A program made the position numbers and the translations under genes. Positions 56,611 through 64,000 of a stretch of 64,000 nucleotides of DNA are shown in pieces (position 1 is the first letter of the stretch; every line of letters begins with the position of its first letter). Under the pieces are notes generated by a model, which was not told the DNA's origin, did not search any database, and worked only from the letters and a program-made list of their open reading frames with translations. The stretch is from a virus: IMG/VR virus record IMGVR_UViG_3300028840_006907, positions 256,001 to 320,000 of that record; one strand, given 5' to 3'.

Positions 56611-56661
56611 AACCACAATCCCATCTTATGGCTAAAAATATAATAAAAGGATGATACAAGA

Positions 56662-57480
56662 ATGAACCTTCTTCAGAGAGTAAAAAAATATTGGGATGAT
56701 AGACCCTGTAATATACGCCATTCAAAGGAACCCGTTGGAACCAGAAATTATTTCAATGAGGTTGAATATAAAAAATATAAAGTTGAACCGCATATATCAG
56801 GTTTCGCTGATTTTAATAAATGGAAGGATAAAAAGGTCCTTGAGATAGGCTGTGGGCTGGGCACTGAGACTATAAATTTTGCTAGAGCTGGTGCTAGGGT
56901 TGTCGCTGTGGATATGTCTGAGAAATCTTTGGAGCTGGCTAAGAAACGAGCGGAAGTTTTTGGCTTGTCCGATAAGATTACATTTTATCAGGGAAATGCT
57001 GAAGAACTTGATAAATTTATCCCAGCTCAGAAATTTGATCTTATCTGGTCTTTTGGTGTTATTCATCATACCCCGAATCCTGAGAACGTTATTGAATGTA
57101 TCAAGAAGTACCTGTCTCCAAGCAGTGAATTACGAATGATGGTTTATAATAAATTTAGTTGGAAAGTATTCTGGATCCTTTTTAAGTACGGGAAGTTTAA
57201 GTTTTGGGATATTGATAAATTCATAGCTCAAAATTCAGAAGCTCAGACCGGGTGCCCAATCACCTACACTTATACAAATAAATCAGTTCAAAAATTACTA
57301 AAAGGGTTTGTAATCGATAATATTAAAATTGAGCATATTTTTCCTTATAAAATTCGTGAATATAAGGAGAATAAATTCAAATTTATCTGGTATTTTAGAT
57401 ACCTGCCCAAATGGTTTTTTCATTGGTTAGAAAAGAGAATCGGTTGGCATATGTGCATAATCGCCAGATGGAGAATTTAG
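56662..57480 (+). CDS. class I SAM-dependent methyltransferase
   Basis: 272 aa; motif I VLEIGCGLGTET, VVAVDMS. Confidence 0.7.
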   Translation: MNLLQRVKKYWDDRPCNIRHSKEPVGTRNYFNEVEYKKYKVEPHISGFADFNKWKDKKVLEIGCGLGTETINFARAGARVVAVDMSEKSLELAKKRAEVFGLSDKITFYQGNAEELDKFIPAQKFDLIWSFGVIHHTPNPENVIECIKKYLSPSSELRMMVYNKFSWKVFWILFKYGKFKFWDIDKFIAQNSEAQTGCPITYTYTNKSVQKLLKGFVIDNIKIEHIFPYKIREYKENKFKFIWYFRYLPKWFFHWLEKRIGWHMCIIARWRI

Positions 57481-57601
57481 GGGTGGCCAGCCCCGCGTAG
57501 GCGGGGAAAAGGGATACGATAAGAAAAAATCTGCTCTGTGGAACAGCCCCACGAAAGTGGGGAATAATGCCACCCATTTTAAAAGATAGTATTGGGTGGT
57601 C
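57481..57601 (+). other. GC-rich multi-hairpin element between convergent genes
   Basis: Hairpins CCCCGC-GTAG-GCGGGG (57491-57506) and CCCCAC-GAAA-GTGGGG (57547-57562); GGGTGGC (57481-87) and GGGTGG (57594-99) both complementary to GCCACCC (57569-75). Confidence 0.5.
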
Positions 57602-57631
57602 TTTTAAATCAACTCTAAATTTTCCAGGAGT

Positions 57632-58096
57632 TTACAACCAGTCATCTTCTTTTCGGATAGATATTTTAGATAAAGTATCATTGTTAAGAAAAAGAGTTAC
57701 AATATAACGAACCCATTGATCATCATAATACCCAAATTCTTGTATTTCACTATTATCTGGAAATGAATCTACTATAACACTAGGTCCATAAACTTTCAGG
57801 ATTTTTCTTTTTGACATTCCAATCTTTAAATTTTGAAATTTACCTTCTTTAATTTCGATGTTATATAATCGGTGAGCAAAGATGTAACAAACCATATTCG
57901 GATAGTGCATATAAAGATCACTTTTAATAGTATCAATTTTTATAGGTTCTCCGAATTTTTCTATAACATCTTTAACAGTAAGGTCTTTTCGAAGATCGAA
58001 ATCAGGTCCGAATGGGAAGACACCGCAACTGTCGATTGAACGACTGAAGCATAAACTTACAAAAAGTATGATTGATATTAAAGTTTTCATATTCAC
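57632..58096 (-). CDS. secreted hypothetical protein (signal peptide)
   Basis: 154 aa; RBS GAGAGGAG; N-terminal MNMKTLISIILFVSLCFS. Confidence 0.6.
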   Translation of the reverse strand: MNMKTLISIILFVSLCFSRSIDSCGVFPFGPDFDLRKDLTVKDVIEKFGEPIKIDTIKSDLYMHYPNMVCYIFAHRLYNIEIKEGKFQNLKIGMSKRKILKVYGPSVIVDSFPDNSEIQEFGYYDDQWVRYIVTLFLNNDTLSKISIRKEDDWL

Positions 58097-58148
58097 TCCT
58101 CTCTATATATTATACCAGTCAAATAGCCATTTTATACCAAAAAAAATT

Positions 58149-58165
58149 GTAATAATCTTTTAATT
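58149..58165 (+). promoter_or_regulatory. conserved 17-nt motif, variant GTAATAATCTTTTAATT (copy 6)
   Basis: 30 nt upstream of ATG 58196. Confidence 0.4.
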
Positions 58166-58195
58166 GCGATGTAACGTAATGAAAAGGGGTAAATT

Positions 58196-58963
58196 ATGAT
58201 AGATGCGAAAAGAGTCGTTTTTTCATACTTAAATTTAAAAGTTGCCAAAGATATGACACCAGAAGAGGCAAAGAAAATAGTGGATAAAATGCCTCCAGGA
58301 AGATTTGATAAAATTAAAAAATTGTTACAGCCTTTTGCTAGATTGTTTAAAAAATCTTTTAATGTAAGAGATGCTGGTGTCCTTGATACTTTAGGAAAAT
58401 TAAGTAGGGCTAAGGGAATTCCTCTTGTTGAATTGTTAGCAGTAGCTTCTATCATGTTTGGTGCTACTGTTCCGTCTTATGCTGACACTGCTAAAGAAAA
58501 AGCTCCAATAGTTCAAGTAAAAGAGAAAAGGCCCATTTCTGAGGTAAGAGCGGATCTAGAAAAAGTTTTTGAATTACCAAAAGGTTTAATGACTCTTGTA
58601 AAAGTTACTCCTCAATTAGCAATAAATTTAAAAGGTATAGATGGATTTGTAGAGACCGTGGGTAAAAATCTCGATAAGAGTATAACTCCTGAAGTTTCAG
58701 TATTGTTAAATCAAGTCCCAGATAATCAATGGCCTGAATTATTGTCTGGTTTAGTAATGCAGAAAATTCAAGAAGATGATAAAGTTGATAAGAAATTTAA
58801 AAAGTTTATTAAACACCATAAAACTAGCCCTCAAAATATGAAAAAAGAGATAGCAAAAGTTGTCTCACAAGAGAAATCTGGCATTCAAAAATTTGTTGAT
58901 AAAGGCATGGCTGAGAAGGGCCTAGCTAAAAAAGCCCATGAAAGAGGCTATTTAATTTCATAA
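58196..58963 (+). CDS. hypothetical protein
   Basis: 255 aa; RBS AAAAGGGG; preceded by motif copy 6; preferred over antisense ORF 58132-58455. Confidence 0.55.
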   Translation: MIDAKRVVFSYLNLKVAKDMTPEEAKKIVDKMPPGRFDKIKKLLQPFARLFKKSFNVRDAGVLDTLGKLSRAKGIPLVELLAVASIMFGATVPSYADTAKEKAPIVQVKEKRPISEVRADLEKVFELPKGLMTLVKVTPQLAINLKGIDGFVETVGKNLDKSITPEVSVLLNQVPDNQWPELLSGLVMQKIQEDDKVDKKFKKFIKHHKTSPQNMKKEIAKVVSQEKSGIQKFVDKGMAEKGLAKKAHERGYLIS

Positions 58964-59496
58964 ATAGCTGTCTTTGTAGTTTTCATACCGAAAAGTTTAA
59001 ATGGATATTTCCCTAAAAACAATTCTATTGCATCTTGGTATACGTATTCTACAGGATTTTGAAGAATTATAATTCCTCCTTTTCTCACTTTTGGAACAGC
59101 CTCTTTGATACAAGAAGATCTTGATCTACCATTTATGAAAATGATATCAAAAGAATGATCAGCAAAGTTATTTATATAATTTACATAGTCTCTAAAATTC
59201 TTATATAAATAAGCCGGTACAGTACTTCCGAAGCTCTCATGGCTGTAAGGAAAGGGTTTAGGGTCATCGATAGGTTCTATTAATTCATAAGTAAAATTTC
59301 CTTTATTAGGTCCTATCTGTTTTTTTAATGTCTCATATGTTTCTCTGTCATGTTCCACTGATACTACAGCTTTAACAGTTCTTCTGAAATAAATAGTAGA
59401 ATCTCCTGATCCATATTCAAAAGTGATCATGTCATATTCAATGAAACTTTTTAACCAGTCTATAGCTTCAGGTTCAATTGGGGGGTAAACTTCCAT
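58948..59496 (-). CDS. class I methyltransferase-fold protein
   Basis: 182 aa; FEYGSGDSTIYF, DIIFINGR, KGGIIIL motifs. Confidence 0.45.
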   Translation of the reverse strand: MEVYPPIEPEAIDWLKSFIEYDMITFEYGSGDSTIYFRRTVKAVVSVEHDRETYETLKKQIGPNKGNFTYELIEPIDDPKPFPYSHESFGSTVPAYLYKNFRDYVNYINNFADHSFDIIFINGRSRSSCIKEAVPKVRKGGIIILQNPVEYVYQDAIELFLGKYPFKLFGMKTTKTAIYEIK

Positions 59497-59856
59497 TTAT
59501 TCTTCCTCTATTCTTTTTAGTCCAATATTTCCAAGTTCTTCATCATTAAGTTTTTCTAATTTTATATGTTCATTCATGATAATTACATAAAATGGAATAT
59601 CAATAGATGATTGAAAGATGTCAATTAAATCTTGTGCTTGTGCCTCGGTAACAGGCATTTTAGGTCTTATAATGACAAGATCATCTTCTTTCAATTGTAA
59701 CTTTTCTAATTGGTAATTTATAACGATGTTTTCTACATATTGTTCAGCTACCTCTTTTGGATTGTGGCTCAAAGTATATCCGCATTTGTCACATTTGCCT
59801 GTATAAAAATCGATAGCTTCATCTCTACATTCAGGGCATTCTATTTTTTTATCCAT
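59497..59856 (-). CDS. zinc-ribbon-containing hypothetical protein
   Basis: 119 aa; CPECRDEAIDFYTGKCDKCG at N-terminus. Confidence 0.5.
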   Translation of the reverse strand: MDKKIECPECRDEAIDFYTGKCDKCGYTLSHNPKEVAEQYVENIVINYQLEKLQLKEDDLVIIRPKMPVTEAQAQDLIDIFQSSIDIPFYVIIMNEHIKLEKLNDEELGNIGLKRIEEE

Positions 59857-59858
59857 TT

Positions 59859-60485
59859 CTAAAATTTCCTTTCTACAGTATCTTTGAATTTAATCATTTT
59901 CCCAGTTCCGGTTCCTATGTGAGGAAAAGGAGTTTCAAATTCATATTTAATGACACATTTTGGCCAAGTCATGGTTGATTTTCCTCTTCTTTGTACTTTT
60001 GTTGTTGTCACACTTCTATTGTTATCTTCTATAATGAATGTGCAAGGTAAATCCCAACCATCTACATAACGAACAGCTTCATAAAAATGTCCTTCATCTT
60101 CAGCTCCATCTCCAATAAAACACCATACTTTATTTTTGCTTTTCTCCATTTTTAAAGATAAGGCTATTCCGGTAGCTATAGAAGCGGTTCCTGCTAGTAT
60201 AGAAGATGACAGGAAATTTAATTTTTTATCGAAGACATGCATTGAATCCCCGTTTAATAATATCTTTTCAAGATCTTTTTCATTTCCTCCTGCTAGTAAA
60301 TAATGGTAGTGGGATCGATGGGTAGAAAGAATATAATCTCCTTCATTAACTTTTTTGAATATTTCAATAATTTGATCTTCATTTCCTCCATTTAAATATA
60401 TCAAATAAGGAAGAAGCCCTTCTTCAAAGAGTTCAATTACTCTCTTTTCAAAAGAGATAAGTTCATTTTTTGTTTTATTAAACAT
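59859..60485 (-). CDS. transketolase-like N-terminal (TPP-binding) subunit
   Basis: 208 aa; GGAG RBS; TPP motif WCFIGDGAEDEG...IIEDNNRSV. Confidence 0.6.
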   Translation of the reverse strand: MFNKTKNELISFEKRVIELFEEGLLPYLIYLNGGNEDQIIEIFKKVNEGDYILSTHRSHYHYLLAGGNEKDLEKILLNGDSMHVFDKKLNFLSSSILAGTASIATGIALSLKMEKSKNKVWCFIGDGAEDEGHFYEAVRYVDGWDLPCTFIIEDNNRSVTTTKVQRRGKSTMTWPKCVIKYEFETPFPHIGTGTGKMIKFKDTVERKF

Positions 60486-61527
60486 AGTTATCTCCGTAAC
60501 ATTCTATTATTTGATGTATTATCTTATTTTTTGCCTCATTAGCACATTGATGTGTACAAGATATGTCAGGTCTAAAATTTTGAAAGAAATTTTCTGTATC
60601 TCGTGAGAACCAGGTTTCACTGAATTTTTTATTTTTAATGGATCCTACCAATCCTTTTGGAGAATAAGCCATATTGTGACAAGTATAGATATTGAGATCA
60701 GCTCCAATTACAGGTACTATTAACGAGAAGAAACATTTTTTGTATTCTCTTTTATTTACCATAGGAGATATATTGTAACTGTCAAAAACATCAATACCTT
60801 CAATTTGACTAGCATATATAGTATCCAATTGTTCTCTTACTTGATATTTAATGGTATTGTGATAGTTATAAAAATCAGGAACCCACACCGGGGAGAATCG
60901 TATATTATCTACACCCATTTTATGTACAAGTTGAAAAGCTTCTATTAAGAATTCACAATTTTCTTTTGTTATGATATAGTTGACCCCGAGATTACAGGAA
61001 CTTTCTTTTTTTGAAAAGTTAAGAACATTTTCTACTATTTGATGAAACATTTTAGGGGATGCTTTTCTCGATTCGATAAAACTTTTTTCATCCCAGTAAT
61101 CGATAGAAACTCTAATCCATTTAGCATGAGTCATAATATCAGCTATGTTTCCACTGAGGAATTGACCATTTGTTAATATGGAAAGATCTATTTTACACTC
61201 AAGAGTTTTTTCAAGTATTTTCTCAATACCTTTATGAATTAATGGCTCTCCTCCACCAGAATAGGTAATAGCTTTAACACCAATGTCTTGAAGATCCTCT
61301 AATATTTCCATCATCTTTTCTGTGGGAATTTCATCCACTCTTTTCATATCGTCATGCATTTTAGAAAAGGAATAGTTGTACACACAGAAGTAACAATTAT
61401 GACAACATCTATTGGTAGGTTTTATTCTGACATAGATAGGAGAAGTTACAACATCATTTCGAAACGATTTCAATTTATCAGGAAACCACACTATTTTATA
61501 GTTGTTGTATTTATTATTCATTGTCAT
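60478..61527 (-). CDS. radical SAM enzyme
   Basis: Start at ATG after GAGG (track TTG start at 61545); CX3CX2C in PTNRCCHNCYFC; lies between the two transketolase-like halves. Confidence 0.7.
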   Translation of the reverse strand: MTMNNKYNNYKIVWFPDKLKSFRNDVVTSPIYVRIKPTNRCCHNCYFCVYNYSFSKMHDDMKRVDEIPTEKMMEILEDLQDIGVKAITYSGGGEPLIHKGIEKILEKTLECKIDLSILTNGQFLSGNIADIMTHAKWIRVSIDYWDEKSFIESRKASPKMFHQIVENVLNFSKKESSCNLGVNYIITKENCEFLIEAFQLVHKMGVDNIRFSPVWVPDFYNYHNTIKYQVREQLDTIYASQIEGIDVFDSYNISPMVNKREYKKCFFSLIVPVIGADLNIYTCHNMAYSPKGLVGSIKNKKFSETWFSRDTENFFQNFRPDISCTHQCANEAKNKIIHQIIECYGDNYV

Positions 61528-62038
61528 AGAAACCTCGTGTTTCAATTAGCATCATAGAGGTTTCCCATTTTGCTGCCTCTTTATAATGGTATAAAATTTC
61601 TTCTGAGTTATTTAATCTGATAACAGGAAAATCTACCATTTTCGATACAGCTTCAGTATGGTCCTGGACATGAGTTATGCAACTATATAAAGGTTTTTCT
61701 TTTTTCCCAATGACAACTCTTATAATCACTTTAGGATCGTAATCACCGTTTGACATAACTTTTATTTTGTCTAAATGATTTACTATTGAATCTAGTGCAT
61801 TTAAAACAAAATCAAATCGTTCAAAATAAACAATTGGTTTGTATCCTCTGATGCTCATTCCTATGGCCATTCCTGCCATTAAGTTCTCGGCTACAGGTGT
61901 TTCGATTAATTGAGATTCCGGAACATCAATTAAGGTATTAGCTGCTCTAGTGTATTTTGTATTATATCCTATAAATACTGTTTTTTCTTGTTTAGCCAAT
62001 TCATTCATCGAGTATTTAAGAGCATCTATATATCGCAT
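61514..62038 (-). CDS. transketolase-like C-terminal (pyrimidine-binding) subunit
   Basis: 174 aa; ETPVAENLMAGMAIGMSIRGYKPIVYFERFDF. Confidence 0.6.
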   Translation of the reverse strand: MRYIDALKYSMNELAKQEKTVFIGYNTKYTRAANTLIDVPESQLIETPVAENLMAGMAIGMSIRGYKPIVYFERFDFVLNALDSIVNHLDKIKVMSNGDYDPKVIIRVVIGKKEKPLYSCITHVQDHTEAVSKMVDFPVIRLNNSEEILYHYKEAAKWETSMMLIETRGFYDNE

Positions 62039-62656
62039 CTATTTAACCTTTTCTTTTGGTGTAATAATCAGATAACCTTGGTCTCGGTAATCTTTTGTGA
62101 CATCGTGTGTCTCTTTAAACATTTCAACAATGTAATTAGTACCATTTAAACCGTATTTAGGTCTGAAGTATCTGTAACGTGCTATTAAATTACCTGTTTC
62201 AAATGGCCCATCTTCATGATGATTTAGATCATCAATAATCATGACGTCTTTACCTTTTCGATATTTTTTTATCATTTCGAGTTCTAAGTTTAAAGGAAAT
62301 TTCAATCTTTTTGGAAGATCTTCATCATAGTGATGTCCATCTATCTGAAAGTCAGCTCCGGGAAAATGAGCATCTAAAAAGAAAAGAACTACATCAGTTT
62401 CTTTAACTTCATTTTTAAATAGTGATTCGAGTCCTACTGGAGATTCACAATTCAAAAAATTAATTCGTGGGTCTACAATATTTTTTGAGGTTTCATTGAA
62501 AAGTTTTTCGATAATTTCAATAGAGTGTATTTTTTCAAAAGGAAATCCTAATGCATATGTTACTCCTTCTCCTTTTCCCGTACCTGTCTCTATCATAATA
62601 TTGCATCCGTAATCTCTGATATACTCATCAAGTTTATGCTTGTTTAGAGTTCCCAT
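62039..62656 (-). CDS. class I methyltransferase-fold protein
   Basis: 205 aa; glycine-rich motif I-like IETGTGKGEGV. Confidence 0.45.
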   Translation of the reverse strand: MGTLNKHKLDEYIRDYGCNIMIETGTGKGEGVTYALGFPFEKIHSIEIIEKLFNETSKNIVDPRINFLNCESPVGLESLFKNEVKETDVVLFFLDAHFPGADFQIDGHHYDEDLPKRLKFPLNLELEMIKKYRKGKDVMIIDDLNHHEDGPFETGNLIARYRYFRPKYGLNGTNYIVEMFKETHDVTKDYRDQGYLIITPKEKVK

Positions 62657-63513
62657 TATATTTCCCTTTGGTTAAAGTTTGGTGTATAAAATTGTTGAAT
62701 CGCTTTATAATCATGTGGTAAAAAGTATTTCTTTATCCATGTATATGTAGGCATTCTATTGTAGATATTTTGATCATGAGTTTTTATGAATAATTTATGA
62801 GGAGGAAGTACTTTACAACATAAAATAGCACAGAAAGAATCGCACCCAACATAATAACCTGCGTATTTTGACAGGGCTATTATTGAAGTTAAAGGAATGT
62901 CTTTTGGGGCTATGAAATGATTTAAAGTAGGTGCAACAGGTGTGTCTGAAATAATGAGAACCTTTAAGCCAGTCTTTATTGACAGGTTATTTATAAATTC
63001 CCAATCATCATTATTGATAACCGCTATATCACTTCGTGGTCTTGAAGAGGTTGGATAGTGCATTAAGATATATTTAAAAGGTTCTATTTTTAATCCATTC
63101 CAATCAATATCATCAACACTAGCGCTCATTAAAAATGATGACCCTTGAAAAGTTCTATTGGTATCCATTATCATTGGTACCATGTCTACGGGACGTACAT
63201 CATCTTCAGGTTTTATATTAAGTAATTCTTTTCCTATTGTGTAATCAGGTTCGATGTCAGATCTAAAATGCCAGAAGGTATCTTTTATCGGGCTAGATTG
63301 AAAGGTCCTTCTCATATTTTTTCTACCTACTTCTTCATCTATGAAGTGATGCTTTTTTACTCTGTAATAGATATTATGATCAATTATAGGAGCTATGCAT
63401 TTCCCAAATCTGCATGGCCAGTATATTTCAGTTATAGATTCTCTTTCTTTTTGAGTCATTAAAGCATCGATACACATCATATCTCCGATGCCGACAGAGA
63501 AGTAAATTTTCAT
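62656..63513 (-). CDS. hypothetical protein
   Basis: 285 aa; GGAG RBS; start overlaps upstream gene. Confidence 0.55.
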   Translation of the reverse strand: MKIYFSVGIGDMMCIDALMTQKERESITEIYWPCRFGKCIAPIIDHNIYYRVKKHHFIDEEVGRKNMRRTFQSSPIKDTFWHFRSDIEPDYTIGKELLNIKPEDDVRPVDMVPMIMDTNRTFQGSSFLMSASVDDIDWNGLKIEPFKYILMHYPTSSRPRSDIAVINNDDWEFINNLSIKTGLKVLIISDTPVAPTLNHFIAPKDIPLTSIIALSKYAGYYVGCDSFCAILCCKVLPPHKLFIKTHDQNIYNRMPTYTWIKKYFLPHDYKAIQQFYTPNFNQREI

Positions 63514-64000
63514 TATTTTTCTCCAAAAATCATAAATGAGTGAAATAGGTCCCTTTCGGAAGCATAAATATTTTTATAGCCTTTGTTTTTCATGTAATCT
63601 TGGATAATTTTAGGTGTAAAGATATGCCTATGTTTTCTATTGTTCCATGGCCTCCAATATTCTTGTTCATAATGAGGAAGGTATAAGAACAATATCCCTC
63701 CTTCTTTTAAAATTTCATACCAATAATCCATGGCATCTATCCAGTTTTCGATATGTTCTAAGCAATGACTTGAGAAGACATAATCGACATCTTTCTTTGG
63801 TAAATTTAAAGCATGATACCCATCATCGAAGATTAGGTCAATAGGAATAGCTCCAGGTAAAGCCCAGGATCCTTTTCTGCATCCTATGTCATAACCTGTA
63901 CCTTTACATAATTGTTGGGCATAAGGTATAGCGAATTTGGCTGCATAACCTTCTGCTTGAAAATGGGGGTAAAATTTATTATTGAATTCTATTAATTCCA
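63513..64000 (-). CDS. class I SAM-dependent methyltransferase (5' partial, runs off window end)
   Basis: Minus-strand frame open to nt 63998 with no stop; motifs YDIGCRKG and DYVFSSHCLEH; track ORF 63513-63731 is its C-terminal part. Confidence 0.5.
   Translation of the reverse strand, partial: ELIEFNNKFYPHFQAEGYAAKFAIPYAQQLCKGTGYDIGCRKGSWALPGAIPIDLIFDDGYHALNLPKKDVDYVFSSHCLEHIENWIDAMDYWYEILKEGGILFLYLPHYEQEYWRPWNNRKHRHIFTPKIIQDYMKNKGYKNIYASERDLFHSFMIFGEK

Noticed and set aside
57481-57575. tRNA gene hypothesis for the GC-rich element (7-bp GGGTGGC/GCCACCC acceptor-like stem)
   Set aside because: Internal hairpins have 6-bp stems with 4-nt loops, incompatible with D and T arms; no anticodon-like 7-nt loop and no conserved U8, GG or TPsiC features.
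58132-58455. 107-aa minus-strand ORF
   Set aside because: Overlaps the 5' part of the + strand gene 58196-58963, which has an RBS and the conserved upstream motif.
1-64000. Integrase, transposase, terminase, tail tube/tape-measure, tRNA and rRNA genes
   Set aside because: No recognisable motifs were seen by eye (no tyrosine recombinase R..H..R..Y box, no DDE, no Walker A plus nuclease pairing), so provirus boundaries and packaging genes cannot be placed in this window.

Overview
AT-rich, densely coding segment that reads like part of a tailed virus (phage or archaeal virus) or provirus of an uncultured prokaryote; most genes are on the + strand and many have AGGAGG-type ribosome-binding sites. 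Everything below is from reading the sequence and ORF track by eye: no database search was run, and some gene starts were moved from TTG/GTG track starts to a nearby ATG with a better RBS. Layout: (1) 1-6959, four paralogous Gly-rich/LamG-type fiber-like genes sharing a C-terminal module, with a HIGH-motif nucleotidyltransferase embedded; (2) 7049-10208, two paralogous TIM-barrel glycosidase-like genes; (3) 10285-21892, head module: portal gene interrupted by an in-frame LAGLIDADG intein, small proteins, an acidic tandem-repeat scaffold-like gene, an HK97-fold capsid candidate and a strong terminator; (4) 21990-29783, accessory island with a Cys/His repeat zinc-finger protein, a minus-strand cassette encoding a minimal Spo11/TopoVI-A-like Toprim protein plus zinc ribbon, a HExxH protein and a tandem HNH-like protein; (5) 29866-57480, a ~28 kb glycan biosynthesis island (nonulosonic-acid-type pathway, formyltransferase, sulfotransferase-like genes, giant glycosyltransferase/methyltransferase fusions, tmk); (6) 57632-64000, a minus-strand cluster with a radical SAM gene between split transketolase-like halves and methyltransferases. 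A conserved 17-nt motif recurs upstream of at least six genes. No rRNA, tRNA or CRISPR array was recognised; terminase and tail-tube genes are not in the window.
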